64,000 bases of DNA, from positions 28,987 through 92,986 of IMG/VR virus record IMGVR_UViG_3300021961_000044. The stretch is one strand, 5' to 3'. The DNA comes from a virus. Positions 1 to 10,305 of the stretch are shown here, one piece after another. Positions within the stretch are counted from its first letter, which is position 1. Every line of letters starts with the position of its first letter. The translations under genes were made by a program, and so were the position numbers. The notes under the pieces are model-generated. The model ran no database searches. It had not been told where the DNA came from and saw only the letters and a program-made list of their open reading frames with translations.

Positions 1-364
1 TATTGATTTTTTACTCAATACTGAAAAACAAGTAAGATTTAATAAGAGACAAGATAGATTATATTTAGATATTGATTGGGCATCAGCTACGACAAATGAT
101 TATATCGTCATTGATTCCTATAGCACATTAAACCCAAATGATTATTCTAGAGTTTGGAATGATTCATTCCTCAAACTTTATTTGACGGCTTTGATTAAAA
201 AACAGTGGGGACAAAATTTAATCAAATTCCAAGGAGTTAAACTTCCTGGAGGAGTCGAATTAAATGGTAGACAAATATATGATGACGCACAAAAAGAATT
301 GGATGTCATTATGGAAAAAATGTCCAATACCTATGAACTTCCTCCAATGGATATGATCGGATAG
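1..364 (+). CDS. gp13: Neck protein gp13, 3' part (5'-truncated by window edge)
   Basis: Frame open from nt 2 (IDFLLNTEKQVRFNKRQDRLYLDIDW...QWGQNLIKFQGVKLPGGVELNG...PPMDMIG); directly upstream of gp14. Confidence 0.93.
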   Translation, partial: IDFLLNTEKQVRFNKRQDRLYLDIDWASATTNDYIVIDSYSTLNPNDYSRVWNDSFLKLYLTALIKKQWGQNLIKFQGVKLPGGVELNGRQIYDDAQKELDVIMEKMSNTYELPPMDMIG

Positions 365-368
365 TCAT

Positions 369-1790
369 ATGTTAAATCCCTTTTTCCAGCAAGGTTCAAA
401 AACAGAACAAAGTTTAGTACAAGATCTCATCAATGAACAGTTGAGAATGTATGGTGTTGAGGTTCATTATATGCCTCGACAATTTATTACTACAAAAACG
501 GTAATTGAAGAGGTAATTGAATCTTCTTTTAAAGAAGCATATCCTTTAGAGGCATATGTAGAAAATTTTGAGGGATACAATGACAATACTGTCATTCTTT
601 CCAAATTTGGAATACAGTCGCAACAGGAAATAACTTTAACTATTTCAAAAGAAAGATACGAAACTTATATTAGACCATTAGCACAACAAAACTCTTTAAA
701 TTTAGTCCCAGAAAGACCAAAAGAAGGAGATTTGGTTTATTTTCCACTTGGTGGAAGAATATTTGAAATAAAATATGTAGAGCACGAAAAACCATTTCAT
801 CAATTAAATTCTACATACGTTTATACTTTGAAATGTGAACTCTTCAGAATAGAAGATGAAGTTATTGATACTGGTATCGATGATGTAGATGATGAGCTTG
901 TTGGAGGCACTAGTGTTGATGGATCAACTCCTCTTGGAGTTGGTGGTGCTATGTTGACTCTCAATATGGTTGGAGTTGCTTCTACTGCTACTGCTTCTAC
1001 TGGTATCGTTAATGGATCAATTAATGCAATTTATATCAGTAATAGAGGTGGAGGTTATTCTTATGCTCCGCAAGTTGGATTTTCTTCTTCTCCAGAATAC
1101 GGAGGAACTGGAATTGGAACTGCAATTATGATTGGTGGAATAGTTGTATGTAATAAGAATGTAGATCCTGCTGATAAATCCGTCCAAGAAATCAGACTTA
1201 TTAATCCTGGATATGGATATACAGTTGCTCCTTTAGTTGCGGTTAGAGGAGATGGAACTGGATTTGCAGCTACAACGGGAATAACTACAGTTGGAGCAGT
1301 TGGATTTGTAACTATCACATATGGTGGATCTGGATATACCACAGCACCAACGGTTACATTCTCTTCACCTGGAACTGGAACGACTGCTATCGGTGTTGCT
1401 GCAATTAATTCAACTGGAAGTGTAACTGCTATCTATCTCACCAACTCTGGATCCGGTTATACTTCATCTCCAACAATTACTATTTCTGGAGCAGGATCAA
1501 CTTCAATCGGAACATTCCAACTTAATGAAATTGTTACCGGACAAACATCTGGAACAATAGCAAGAGTTAAGAATTGGGATAAACCTACATCAGTTCTCGA
1601 TGTTTATAATGTCAACGGAGATTTTATATATGGAGAAACCATAGTAGGTTCTGCATCTTCAGCAAGTTACAGATTGAAGAGTATTCAGGAATTCCCTAAA
1701 GATGATGGATTTACTTCAAATTCCGAAATTGAGGCGGAGGCTGATTTAATTTTAGATTTTACTGAACAAAATCCATTTGGAGTCCCCTAA
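369..1790 (+). CDS. gp14: Neck protein gp14 with Gly/Thr-rich internal insertion
   Basis: N-term LNPFF...EQLRMYG..YMPR, RPKEGDLVYFPL, C-term DFTEQNPFG; synteny gp13-gp14-gp15. Confidence 0.92.
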   Translation: MLNPFFQQGSKTEQSLVQDLINEQLRMYGVEVHYMPRQFITTKTVIEEVIESSFKEAYPLEAYVENFEGYNDNTVILSKFGIQSQQEITLTISKERYETYIRPLAQQNSLNLVPERPKEGDLVYFPLGGRIFEIKYVEHEKPFHQLNSTYVYTLKCELFRIEDEVIDTGIDDVDDELVGGTSVDGSTPLGVGGAMLTLNMVGVASTATASTGIVNGSINAIYISNRGGGYSYAPQVGFSSSPEYGGTGIGTAIMIGGIVVCNKNVDPADKSVQEIRLINPGYGYTVAPLVAVRGDGTGFAATTGITTVGAVGFVTITYGGSGYTTAPTVTFSSPGTGTTAIGVAAINSTGSVTAIYLTNSGSGYTSSPTITISGAGSTSIGTFQLNEIVTGQTSGTIARVKNWDKPTSVLDVYNVNGDFIYGETIVGSASSASYRLKSIQEFPKDDGFTSNSEIEAEADLILDFTEQNPFGVP

Positions 1791-1823
1791 ACTGTTAAAT
1801 AGTAATTATTAATCCTTGGCAAA

Positions 1824-2819
1824 ATGTTTGAATATTTTTATAACGAAATTTTTCGAAAGACTATTATTGCTTTCGGTACCCTTTTTAATAACATCGAAAT
1901 TCAGAAAACTGATTCTAACGGAGATGTAAGTAGCATCATTAAAGTTCCTCTTGCTTATGGACCTACACAAAAGTTTTTAGCAAGAATCAATCAACAAGCT
2001 GATTTAAATAATCCAACTGCAATGACATTGCCAAGGATGTCATTTGAATTTACTGGAGTTACTTATGATCCATCAAGAAAAGTAACTACAACACAAAGGT
2101 TTTTACAAAAAGATTCTTCTGACGGAACTAAAACTAGAAAGGCATATATGCCAGTTCCCTACACGATGCAATTTGAGTTATCAATTATGTCAAAATTAAA
2201 TGATGATGCATTGCAAATAGTAGAACAGATTTTGCCATATTTTCAACCTCAGTTCAATCTCACTGTTGAATTGGCATCAGATATAAATGAGAAAAAAGAT
2301 ATTCCAATTATCTTAGAAAATATTACTATGATTGATGATTACGAAGGTGATTATACAACGAGAAGAGTTTTGACCTATACATTGAGATTTAGCGCCAAAA
2401 CTTATTTGTTTGGACCAATTCCAGATGTTTCTGCAGATATTATCAAGAGAGCTACTGTTGCTATTGGTGCTGGTGATCCTTCAAATCAAAGAGAACTTAC
2501 ATATACACAAACAGCAAGAGCAATTAAAAATTATACTGGAAACGTTTTAACTTCTCTATCGGATGATGTTAAAACAACCGATACCTTAATTAAAGTCGAT
2601 GATGCTTCTGGAATTGTCAAAGATACATATTTGGATATAAACCAAGAAGAAGTATATGTAAGACTTGTTAGTGGAAATAATATTACAATAGATAGAGGAG
2701 TTGATGGCACAACAATTAAGTCTCATTTGAAAGGAGATAGTGTCAAATCTATAACCTCCGAAGATAATAACCTGATTCAATTTGGGGATGATTTTGGATT
2801 TGACGGAACTGCATCATGA
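1824..2819 (+). CDS. gp15: Tail sheath stabilizer / tail completion protein gp15
   Basis: YFYNEIFRKTIIAFGTLFN, VPLAYGP, LPRMSFE, EQILPYFQP motifs. Confidence 0.93.
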   Translation: MFEYFYNEIFRKTIIAFGTLFNNIEIQKTDSNGDVSSIIKVPLAYGPTQKFLARINQQADLNNPTAMTLPRMSFEFTGVTYDPSRKVTTTQRFLQKDSSDGTKTRKAYMPVPYTMQFELSIMSKLNDDALQIVEQILPYFQPQFNLTVELASDINEKKDIPIILENITMIDDYEGDYTTRRVLTYTLRFSAKTYLFGPIPDVSADIIKRATVAIGAGDPSNQRELTYTQTARAIKNYTGNVLTSLSDDVKTTDTLIKVDDASGIVKDTYLDINQEEVYVRLVSGNNITIDRGVDGTTIKSHLKGDSVKSITSEDNNLIQFGDDFGFDGTAS

Positions 2820-3268
2820 AAATGACTAAAAAATTCAACAAACTAAACGACTCCTTTGGAATTGAAGAAAATTCTATAGTTCCAGAAGTAGAGTCTGCTC
2901 CTATTGAGATTATTAACGATGATTCTGATGAAGAATTTGAAAAAACACCAGAGGTAAGAAAAGATTATAAGTATACAAGAAATCAATTATATTCATTAAT
3001 AGAAAAAGGACAAGATGCTATTAACGGTATCTTGGAATTGGCAGCAGAAACAGAACAACCAAGAGCATATGAAGTTGCAGCGCAATTGATTAAAAACGTT
3101 GCAGATACTACTGACAAGTTGATGGATTTGCAGAAAAAATTAAAAGAGGTAGAAGAAGATACCAAACCAAAAGGTCCAACAAACGTAACTAATGCTTTGT
3201 TTGTTGGGTCAACTGCAGATTTGGCAAAACTTTTAAAGAACAAGCAACAAGAAGAGGATACTAAATAA
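2816..3268 (+). CDS. gp16: Terminase small subunit gp16
   Basis: DY.YTR..LY, PRAYEV, NALFVGSTADL motifs; position after gp15. Confidence 0.93.
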   Translation: MKMTKKFNKLNDSFGIEENSIVPEVESAPIEIINDDSDEEFEKTPEVRKDYKYTRNQLYSLIEKGQDAINGILELAAETEQPRAYEVAAQLIKNVADTTDKLMDLQKKLKEVEEDTKPKGPTNVTNALFVGSTADLAKLLKNKQQEEDTK

Positions 3269-3291
3269 TAGTAAGAATATAAAAAGTTAAA

Positions 3292-3627
3292 ATGTCCGTT
3301 GCCGCAGTAAACATAAGAATTGAAAAAGGCACTGATTTTGAATCAACTTTTACAGTCAATTCTACAGATGGATCTGCTTTCAATCTATCAAATTATAGTG
3401 CTACTGCAAAAATTAGGAAACATCCTAATGCTGGAACCGCAAAAACTTTTTCAACAACAATTACTTCATCTACGGGTGAAATAAAAATAACAATGAGTGA
3501 TACAGATACCTCTGATTTATCATCTGGAAGAAATTACTATGATGTAGTTATTCAACATTCATCTACAGAGAAGAAAACAAAAGTATTTGAAGGAATGGCA
3601 ATAGTATCGGATACCGTTTCCGTATAG
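3292..3627 (+). CDS. Small virion structural protein (BppU/adaptor-like beta fold)
   Basis: IEKGTDF...GRNYYDVV...VFEG pattern; late promoter TAAATA at 3262. Confidence 0.6.
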   Translation: MSVAAVNIRIEKGTDFESTFTVNSTDGSAFNLSNYSATAKIRKHPNAGTAKTFSTTITSSTGEIKITMSDTDTSDLSSGRNYYDVVIQHSSTEKKTKVFEGMAIVSDTVSV

Positions 3628-3631
3628 TAAA

Positions 3632-3949
3632 ATGGAATTTAAAGTAACTCTGGTAACAGGACAAAATTACAGTGTTCGTCTTAAAGAAGACAATAAATTC
3701 AAAGTAATTTCAAATCTTACGCAGGCAGCAGAAGTGGCTAATTTTTCAGATTTAGGAGATTTTGACAATACTGGTGTTCAGGACGGATGGGTTCTGATGT
3801 ACGACTCTGCAACTGGAAAAATTAAAACAGTTAATCCAGATCTCGTGTTCAGTAAAGCTGTTGCGGATAACAGTCTTCCTAGTGAGTTTATTGATCAATT
3901 GGATGGAGATCTTGATGATAAGATCGATCTTGATGCGGGCTCTTTTTAG
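3632..3949 (+). CDS. Small virion/fibre-associated protein
   Basis: DLGDFD...DGWVLMYD fibre-type motif; ends DLDAGSF. Confidence 0.55.
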   Translation: MEFKVTLVTGQNYSVRLKEDNKFKVISNLTQAAEVANFSDLGDFDNTGVQDGWVLMYDSATGKIKTVNPDLVFSKAVADNSLPSEFIDQLDGDLDDKIDLDAGSF

Positions 3950-3996
3950 AAAAATTATAAATAATTACACTAAAAATATAATAAGGTATAATTAAG

Positions 3997-6087
3997 ATGC
4001 CTGCACCTGTAATTCAATTTAAAAGGGGCAATTTAAGCAATCTTCCTGGTTTACAGGCTGGTGAACCCGCATTTACAACTGATACGTTCGACCTGTTTGT
4101 TGGATTATCTTCAACCACTGATGCCAATAAGTTTTTTGGTTCTCATAGATATTGGAATAAAGAATCTACAACTTCTGGAAGTTCAGTAAATTTAGTCGAA
4201 GGAACTTCCAACGGTTCCAGTTATATCAGTTTAAAATCTCCAGATTCTCTTGCTGGCGTCACTACATATACTCTTCCAGCAGTTCCAGTTAATGGATATT
4301 TTCTGAAAACAAACGCAGATGGAGAATTGTCTTGGGGACAAGCTGCGTCTTTTGCTGGAATCGTAACCTTTACCGATACTACAGAAAATACCTTAGGAAA
4401 TGCGGACACTGGTGCTGTTCAAATTGATGGTGGACTGGGAGTTAATAAAAACGTTACTGTTGGTGGAAATTTAAACGTACAAGGATATTCTGAGTTTGTT
4501 GGTGTTGTAACATTCCAAGGTGGAACCATTAATCTTGGAGATTCTGATGCAGATGATATCAATGTTGCTGGTGAATTTGTATCCAACTTAATTCCAAATG
4601 CCACAGCTGAATATGATTTGGGAAATGGTGATAAGAAATGGAGAAGTTTAAATGTCTCTGGATTCTGCACAAGTGGTGGGTTAAGAGTTGCTGGTCCTGC
4701 ACAAGTTGGATCTTTAACAGTCGATTCTGATTTAAATGTAATTGGCAATGTAACTATTGGCGGTACATCTTTAAGTGTTTCCGCACAGTCTCTTGTAATT
4801 CGTGATCCTGACATTGTTCTTGGATATAGAACAGATGGTAGCAATAACGATATTTCTACTGACACTACTGCCAATCATGGTGGTATCGCAATTGCATCTA
4901 CAGAAGGATATCCTTTAGTAGATTTAGTAATTGCTGGAGTTGAAACATCTCCAGTAACTTATAAGAAATTGATGTGGTTTAAATCAGAGTCTTTCTCTGG
5001 TTTAGGCACAGATGCATGGTTATCAAACTATGCTATTGGTATTGGAAGCACACAGTTCCCAACAGGAACAAGATTAGCTGCTGGAAATGTTCAGTTTACT
5101 CAAGAAGATTTATCAGTTGTAAGAAATATCAATGCTTCTGGTGTTGGTACATTTGCTGGCGCACTTTACGTTGCAGGACTCGAAATTAGTGGTGGCGCTT
5201 CTATTGGAGAAGATATTAGAACAAGAAACTTAGATGTATCTGGAATTACAACGTTAGGTAATACAAGTACAGATATAGTTCAAATTTATGGTGATGCTAA
5301 TTTTATTGCTTCTGTTCAAGCAGTAAACATCAATTCAAGTGGAATTGTAACTGCTACTACTTTTGATGGTAATTTAGCGCTTTCAAATGTTACTGGTCTT
5401 GGTGCTAATGTTTCTACATTCTTAGCAACTCCTTCCTCCGCAAACTTAGCAGCTGCAGTAACAGATGAAACTGGCACTGGTGCTCTCGTATTTGCAAACA
5501 GTCCAACATTAATAACTCCTGCTCTTGGAGATGCATCTGCTACTACATTAACTACAAGTGGCGATGTAATAGTTGGAACCGCCATGAGCGCTCCAACTGT
5601 AAGAACAGCAACGATTACTCATTCTAACGGTACTAATGCTGCTACAATTGATTCTAGTGGAAATTTAACTGCATCTCAAAATTTAACAGTTACAGGAAAC
5701 CTGTATGTTAATGGATCAACCACTCAAGTAAATACTTCTTCGATGACCGTCGAAGACAGAACAATTGAGTTAGGTTTGGTAGATGGTTCTGCTCCTTCAT
5801 CAGCAACTACTTGGGACCTTGGTGTTCTCTTCAATTATAATTCTTCAGGTGCTAAGAAGTCTGCTGTTCTTTGGGAACATGCTGATGGAAGATTTAAGTT
5901 TGGATCACAAGTAAGCGATGGTGGAGGAACTGATAACGATAGTCCACAAATTACCGTTTCTAACTATGCTGCGATTGAAGTAAGTTCAATTTGGATTAAT
6001 GATTGTGCTGGACAATCACAATTAATTGATTGTTCTGGAGGAGTGAGAACACTTCAAAACATAACTATCGATGGCGGTTCGTTCTGA
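3997..6087 (+). CDS. Tail fibre-like structural protein
   Basis: N-term IQFKRG...GEP motif; Gly/Thr/Ser-rich beta repeats; TATAAATA promoter at 3956. Confidence 0.75.
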   Translation: MPAPVIQFKRGNLSNLPGLQAGEPAFTTDTFDLFVGLSSTTDANKFFGSHRYWNKESTTSGSSVNLVEGTSNGSSYISLKSPDSLAGVTTYTLPAVPVNGYFLKTNADGELSWGQAASFAGIVTFTDTTENTLGNADTGAVQIDGGLGVNKNVTVGGNLNVQGYSEFVGVVTFQGGTINLGDSDADDINVAGEFVSNLIPNATAEYDLGNGDKKWRSLNVSGFCTSGGLRVAGPAQVGSLTVDSDLNVIGNVTIGGTSLSVSAQSLVIRDPDIVLGYRTDGSNNDISTDTTANHGGIAIASTEGYPLVDLVIAGVETSPVTYKKLMWFKSESFSGLGTDAWLSNYAIGIGSTQFPTGTRLAAGNVQFTQEDLSVVRNINASGVGTFAGALYVAGLEISGGASIGEDIRTRNLDVSGITTLGNTSTDIVQIYGDANFIASVQAVNINSSGIVTATTFDGNLALSNVTGLGANVSTFLATPSSANLAAAVTDETGTGALVFANSPTLITPALGDASATTLTTSGDVIVGTAMSAPTVRTATITHSNGTNAATIDSSGNLTASQNLTVTGNLYVNGSTTQVNTSSMTVEDRTIELGLVDGSAPSSATTWDLGVLFNYNSSGAKKSAVLWEHADGRFKFGSQVSDGGGTDNDSPQITVSNYAAIEVSSIWINDCAGQSQLIDCSGGVRTLQNITIDGGSF

Positions 6088-6108
6088 TAGATAAAATATA
6101 ATTTCTAA

Positions 6109-6138
6109 ATAGGGGAAGTAATCTTCCCCTATTTTTTT
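6109..6138 (+). terminator. Rho-independent terminator
   Basis: ATAGGGGAAG-taat-CTTCCCCTAT followed by T run. Confidence 0.8.
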
Positions 6139-6369
6139 ATGTCTGAAGAAGAATATAAGTCTGTTATTGCAACATATCAGCAAAAAGCATTTGAACTTTT
6201 TAATTCAAATATAGTTTTAGAATCACAAATACAAGCACAAAGATCCACTATTGAATCCTTAAGAACAGAAATAGAGCAAATGTCTTTTGAACTACAAACT
6301 CTTAGAGATCTTAGAGAAAAAGGAGAACAACAATCAAAAATAACTAAAAAAACTAGTATATCTCAATAA
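6139..6369 (+). CDS. Hypothetical coiled-coil protein
   Basis: 76-aa ORF with heptad character. Confidence 0.6.
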   Translation: MSEEEYKSVIATYQQKAFELFNSNIVLESQIQAQRSTIESLRTEIEQMSFELQTLRDLREKGEQQSKITKKTSISQ

Positions 6370-6429
6370 CATAAATAAATTATACCGATAAATATCGGTT
6401 TTTTTACGGTAAATACCACACCAAATTGA

Positions 6430-7098
6430 ATGGCCGATCCGAATATTAGGATAAAACGGTCTGCCATACCTGGCAAACAGCCTACGGCAGATCAGCTCCC
6501 GTTGGGAGAACTAGCTTTAAATACTAATGATGGAAAACTCTTTGCCTCTAAAAATGCAGGCATAGGCACAACAGTTTTCGCTGTAAACCCGTGGTCGGTT
6601 GGAACAGGAACCGATTCTTATAATGCATATTTTACTGCTGGAAATGTTGGTGTTGGTAGCACAATCCCCACATCTAAATTAGATGTAGAGGGTGACATCA
6701 ATGTTTCTGGTGTAATAACTGCTAGTCAATTTATTGGTGGTGGTGTTGGTGTTGGAATTCAATCTGGGGGCACTGTCCTTGGATATGGAATTACAACACT
6801 GAATTTTATTGGTACTGGAAATACTTTCTCTGTTAGCGGAACTACTGTCGATATCAGCATAGCTGCTGGTAGTGGAGGTGGTGGAACTGGAATCAGTTCC
6901 GTGATCATACAGAAAGATGGAACAAATATAGGTACTGGTTCCAGTACTATAAATTTCACTGGAACAGGTATTCAAACTGTTACATCATCTCCTAGCGGGA
7001 TTACGACTGTTAGGGTTGAACTACAAGGCAATCTTGATGGTGGATTGCCAGATTCAAATTACGGCGGCATCGAAGCTATTGAAGGGGGAGGAATCTAA
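6430..7098 (+). CDS. Tail fibre-associated protein
   Basis: N-term IRIKRS...LGELALN; GNVGVGSTIPTSKLDV fibre repeat; two TLNF/TINF repeats. Confidence 0.7.
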   Translation: MADPNIRIKRSAIPGKQPTADQLPLGELALNTNDGKLFASKNAGIGTTVFAVNPWSVGTGTDSYNAYFTAGNVGVGSTIPTSKLDVEGDINVSGVITASQFIGGGVGVGIQSGGTVLGYGITTLNFIGTGNTFSVSGTTVDISIAAGSGGGGTGISSVIIQKDGTNIGTGSSTINFTGTGIQTVTSSPSGITTVRVELQGNLDGGLPDSNYGGIEAIEGGGI

Positions 7099-10000
7099 AT
7101 GGCAACAAGAATTCAAATAAGAAGAGGCACTGCCGCTGCATGGACCTCAGCTAACCCTATTCTTGCCGAGGGTGAACTTGGCGTAGAGTTAGATACACAG
7201 AAATTTAAAATTGGTATTGGAACAACCAGTTGGAGTGGTCTAAGTTATGCAACTGGTATTCAAGGAACCACTGGTGCCCAGGGAATCCAAGGAACAACAG
7301 GTATCCAAGGGGATACTGGTATTCAAGGCATTACTGGTAGAGGTCTGAATATTGTAGGAAACGTTGCTACAGTTGGAGATCTCCCAGATCCCTATAGTGG
7401 ATCTATTGGAGATGCTTATGTTGTAACAGGAACAGGCGATCTTCACGTTTATAATGGAACGAGTTTCGATAACGTTGGACAAATTGTTGGTCCTCAAGGA
7501 ACCACTGGCGCTCAAGGAACCCAGGGTATCCAAGGCGAATCAATTCAAGGTACAACTGGATATAATGGTACCCAAGGAACTCAGGGTATTCAGGGTGATG
7601 ATGGTGCTCAAGGAATTGCTGGTGCCTTCGCTGCACAAGGTATTCAAGGAACCCAAGGTATTCAAGGTAGAGAACCTGATGTAGCACAAACAGAAAAAAA
7701 TACAATTACCTTTTCTGCTACTGAAGGTCAAGTATCTTTTGGAGCAACATACGTTCCAAATGCGATTGATGTTTATCTGAATGGTGTCAGATTATCAGAA
7801 TCGGAATATGTAGGAACAAGTGGAACTCACATTCTTCTTAATGATGGTGCTAATATAGGGGATGTTTTAGATCTCGTTAAATTTGACTTTGGTAATGCTT
7901 TTAGAGGTCTTCAAGGCGTACAAGGTCTTCAAGGATTACAAGGAGTTCAGGGTCTTCAAGGACCACAGGGAACAACTGGTATTCAAGGTGATGTTGGTAT
8001 TCAAGGAAGTACTGGTGCTCAGGGAACTCAGGGAGTCCAAGGAACAACTGGTATCCAAGGTGATGTTGGTACCCAAGGAACTCAAGGGGTTCAAGGTGTT
8101 CAAGGCGAAATTGGATCTCAGGGTCTTGATGGTGCATATGCAGCACAAGGTATCCAAGGCATCCAAGGTATTCAAGGTTTAACACCTGACGTTGCTCAAA
8201 CAAGCAAGACAACAATTAGTTTTTCTGCCAATGAAGGTCAAACTTCTTTTGCAGGAACATATGTAGCAGGAGCAATAGACGTATTCTTAAATGGCGTAAG
8301 ATTATCAGAATCGGAATACGTAGGAACAAGTGCAACTAATATCGTCTTAAACGACCCTGCTAACGCTGGAGACGTACTTGATCTTGTTAAGTTTGATTTT
8401 GGTAATGCTCTGAGAGGTTTGCAAGGTGTTCAAGGAACACAAGGTATTCAGGGCGATCTTGGTATTCAGGGTATTCAAGGTCTTGACGGTGCTTATGCCG
8501 CTCAAGGTATCCAAGGTCCACAAGGTACTGATGGTGTTCAAGGAACAAGTGGTCGTGGTGTTACCATTCTTGGTAGTGTTTCTACATCTACAAATCTTCC
8601 AGGATATCCAACTTCTTATGGTGGATCTGTTGGTGATGGATATATCACTTTAGACACAGGTCACTTATGGACTTGGAACGGTAGTTCTTGGGACGATGTT
8701 GGTAACATCACAGGTCCACAAGGAACTACTGGAACACAGGGAACTCGTGGTATTCAGGGAACTACTGGTTCTCAGGGTCAAACAGGTATTCAGGGCGACT
8801 TAGGTATCCAAGGTATTCAAGGAGAGGCATTACAGGGCGTTCAGGGGACGACTGGTATTCAAGGTGATCTTGGCATTCAGGGCGCTACTGGTGCTGGTAT
8901 ACAAGGTGCTACTGGCACTCAAGGTGAAACAGGTACTCAAGGTACAACAGGTACTCAAGGTCTTGATGGTGCCTTTGCTGCACAAGGTATCCAAGGTATT
9001 CAAGGTATCCAGGGTTTAACACCTGACGTTGCTCAAACAAGTAAGTCAACCATCACATTCTCCGCTAATGAAGGACAAACTTCTTTTGCTGGAACATATG
9101 TAGCGGGAGCTATTGATGTTTATTTGAATGGTGTTAGATTATCCGATTCTGAATATGTTGGAACAAGTGCAACCAATATTGTTCTCAACGATCCCGCCAA
9201 CGCTGGAGACGTACTTGATCTTGTCAAGTTTGATTTTGGTAATGCATTAAGAGGTCTTCAGGGAATTCAAGGAACAACTGGTATTCAAGGTTTTACTGGT
9301 ATCCAGGGAAGTGATGGTGCCCAGGGTCTTGCTGGTGAATATGCAGCACAAGGTATTCAAGGTACTGATGGTTCACAAGGTACCGATGGTACTCAAGGAA
9401 CTACAGGACCTCAAGGAACCACTGGAACTCAAGGAACCACTGGAACTCAGGGAACACAAGGTATTCAAGGTGACAGTGGTCGTGGTGTTACTATTCTCGG
9501 TAGTGTTTCGACATATACAAGTCTTCCAGGATATCCAACTTCTTATAGTGGAAATATTGGAGATGGATACATTACTACCAATACTGGTCACTTATGGACT
9601 TGGAACGGTAGTTCTTGGGACGATGTTGGTAACATCACAGGTCCACAAGGAACTACGGGAACGCAAGGAACTCAGGGTGTACAGGGACCTTCAATTCAAG
9701 GTGCTCAAGGAACAACTGGAATTCAGGGAACAACTGGAACTCAGGGAACTACAGGTCCACAAGGAACTACAGGTTTACAGGGAACTACAGGTCTCCAAGG
9801 TTTAACTGGTATTCAAGGAGACACAGGTCTTCAAGGTTTAACTGGTGTTCAGGGAACGGACGGTCTTGGAGCACTTACAGGAGTTACATCTGTAACTAGT
9901 GGAACATTCTTCCCACTTTTCGTTTCTGGAACTGGAGATGTTTCTCCAAATATCAGAACAGAAGCAACCGCATTTGGTTATGACGCAGGAACCAACACTG

Positions 10001-10296
10001 TTACTGCCACAAACTTCAATACAACATCGGACATTACACTGAAGAAAAATGTCAATATTATTGAAAATGCTATTGATTCGGTAAAACTTATCAACGGTGT
10101 CAAATTTGACTGGAAAGATAACGGAAGACCTTCTATTGGTGTTATCGCTCAAGATGTTGAGCAAGTTTATCCAGAATTGGTTTATGAAGTAGACGGACAG
10201 AAGACATTAAACTATAGCGGTTTAATAGGTGTTCTTGTTGAAGCAGTTAAAGACCTTCAGCAACAAATTAACAATCTAAATAGTACTACAGGTTAA
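7099..10296 (+). CDS. Collagen-like tail fibre with Mtd_N-like N-terminus and C-terminal S74-type intramolecular chaperone
   Basis: MATRIQIRRGTAAAWTSANPILAEGE N-term; long G-X-Q tracts; C-term SD..LKKN...GVIAQDVE..YPELV...LNYSGLI. Confidence 0.88.
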   Translation: MATRIQIRRGTAAAWTSANPILAEGELGVELDTQKFKIGIGTTSWSGLSYATGIQGTTGAQGIQGTTGIQGDTGIQGITGRGLNIVGNVATVGDLPDPYSGSIGDAYVVTGTGDLHVYNGTSFDNVGQIVGPQGTTGAQGTQGIQGESIQGTTGYNGTQGTQGIQGDDGAQGIAGAFAAQGIQGTQGIQGREPDVAQTEKNTITFSATEGQVSFGATYVPNAIDVYLNGVRLSESEYVGTSGTHILLNDGANIGDVLDLVKFDFGNAFRGLQGVQGLQGLQGVQGLQGPQGTTGIQGDVGIQGSTGAQGTQGVQGTTGIQGDVGTQGTQGVQGVQGEIGSQGLDGAYAAQGIQGIQGIQGLTPDVAQTSKTTISFSANEGQTSFAGTYVAGAIDVFLNGVRLSESEYVGTSATNIVLNDPANAGDVLDLVKFDFGNALRGLQGVQGTQGIQGDLGIQGIQGLDGAYAAQGIQGPQGTDGVQGTSGRGVTILGSVSTSTNLPGYPTSYGGSVGDGYITLDTGHLWTWNGSSWDDVGNITGPQGTTGTQGTRGIQGTTGSQGQTGIQGDLGIQGIQGEALQGVQGTTGIQGDLGIQGATGAGIQGATGTQGETGTQGTTGTQGLDGAFAAQGIQGIQGIQGLTPDVAQTSKSTITFSANEGQTSFAGTYVAGAIDVYLNGVRLSDSEYVGTSATNIVLNDPANAGDVLDLVKFDFGNALRGLQGIQGTTGIQGFTGIQGSDGAQGLAGEYAAQGIQGTDGSQGTDGTQGTTGPQGTTGTQGTTGTQGTQGIQGDSGRGVTILGSVSTYTSLPGYPTSYSGNIGDGYITTNTGHLWTWNGSSWDDVGNITGPQGTTGTQGTQGVQGPSIQGAQGTTGIQGTTGTQGTTGPQGTTGLQGTTGLQGLTGIQGDTGLQGLTGVQGTDGLGALTGVTSVTSGTFFPLFVSGTGDVSPNIRTEATAFGYDAGTNTVTATNFNTTSDITLKKNVNIIENAIDSVKLINGVKFDWKDNGRPSIGVIAQDVEQVYPELVYEVDGQKTLNYSGLIGVLVEAVKDLQQQINNLNSTTG
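8659..8729 (+). repeat. 71-nt perfect direct repeat (second copy 9586-9656) within the collagen fibre gene
   Basis: GGTCACTTATGGACTTGGAACGGTAG...CCACAAGGAACTAC identical at both positions. Confidence 0.9.
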
Positions 10297-10305
10297 TCTA
10301 GATAA

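Noticed and set aside
7250-9870. CRISPR-like or tandem repeat array
   Set aside because: The periodicity is the 9-nt collagen G-X-Y code; no repeat-spacer structure and no cas genes
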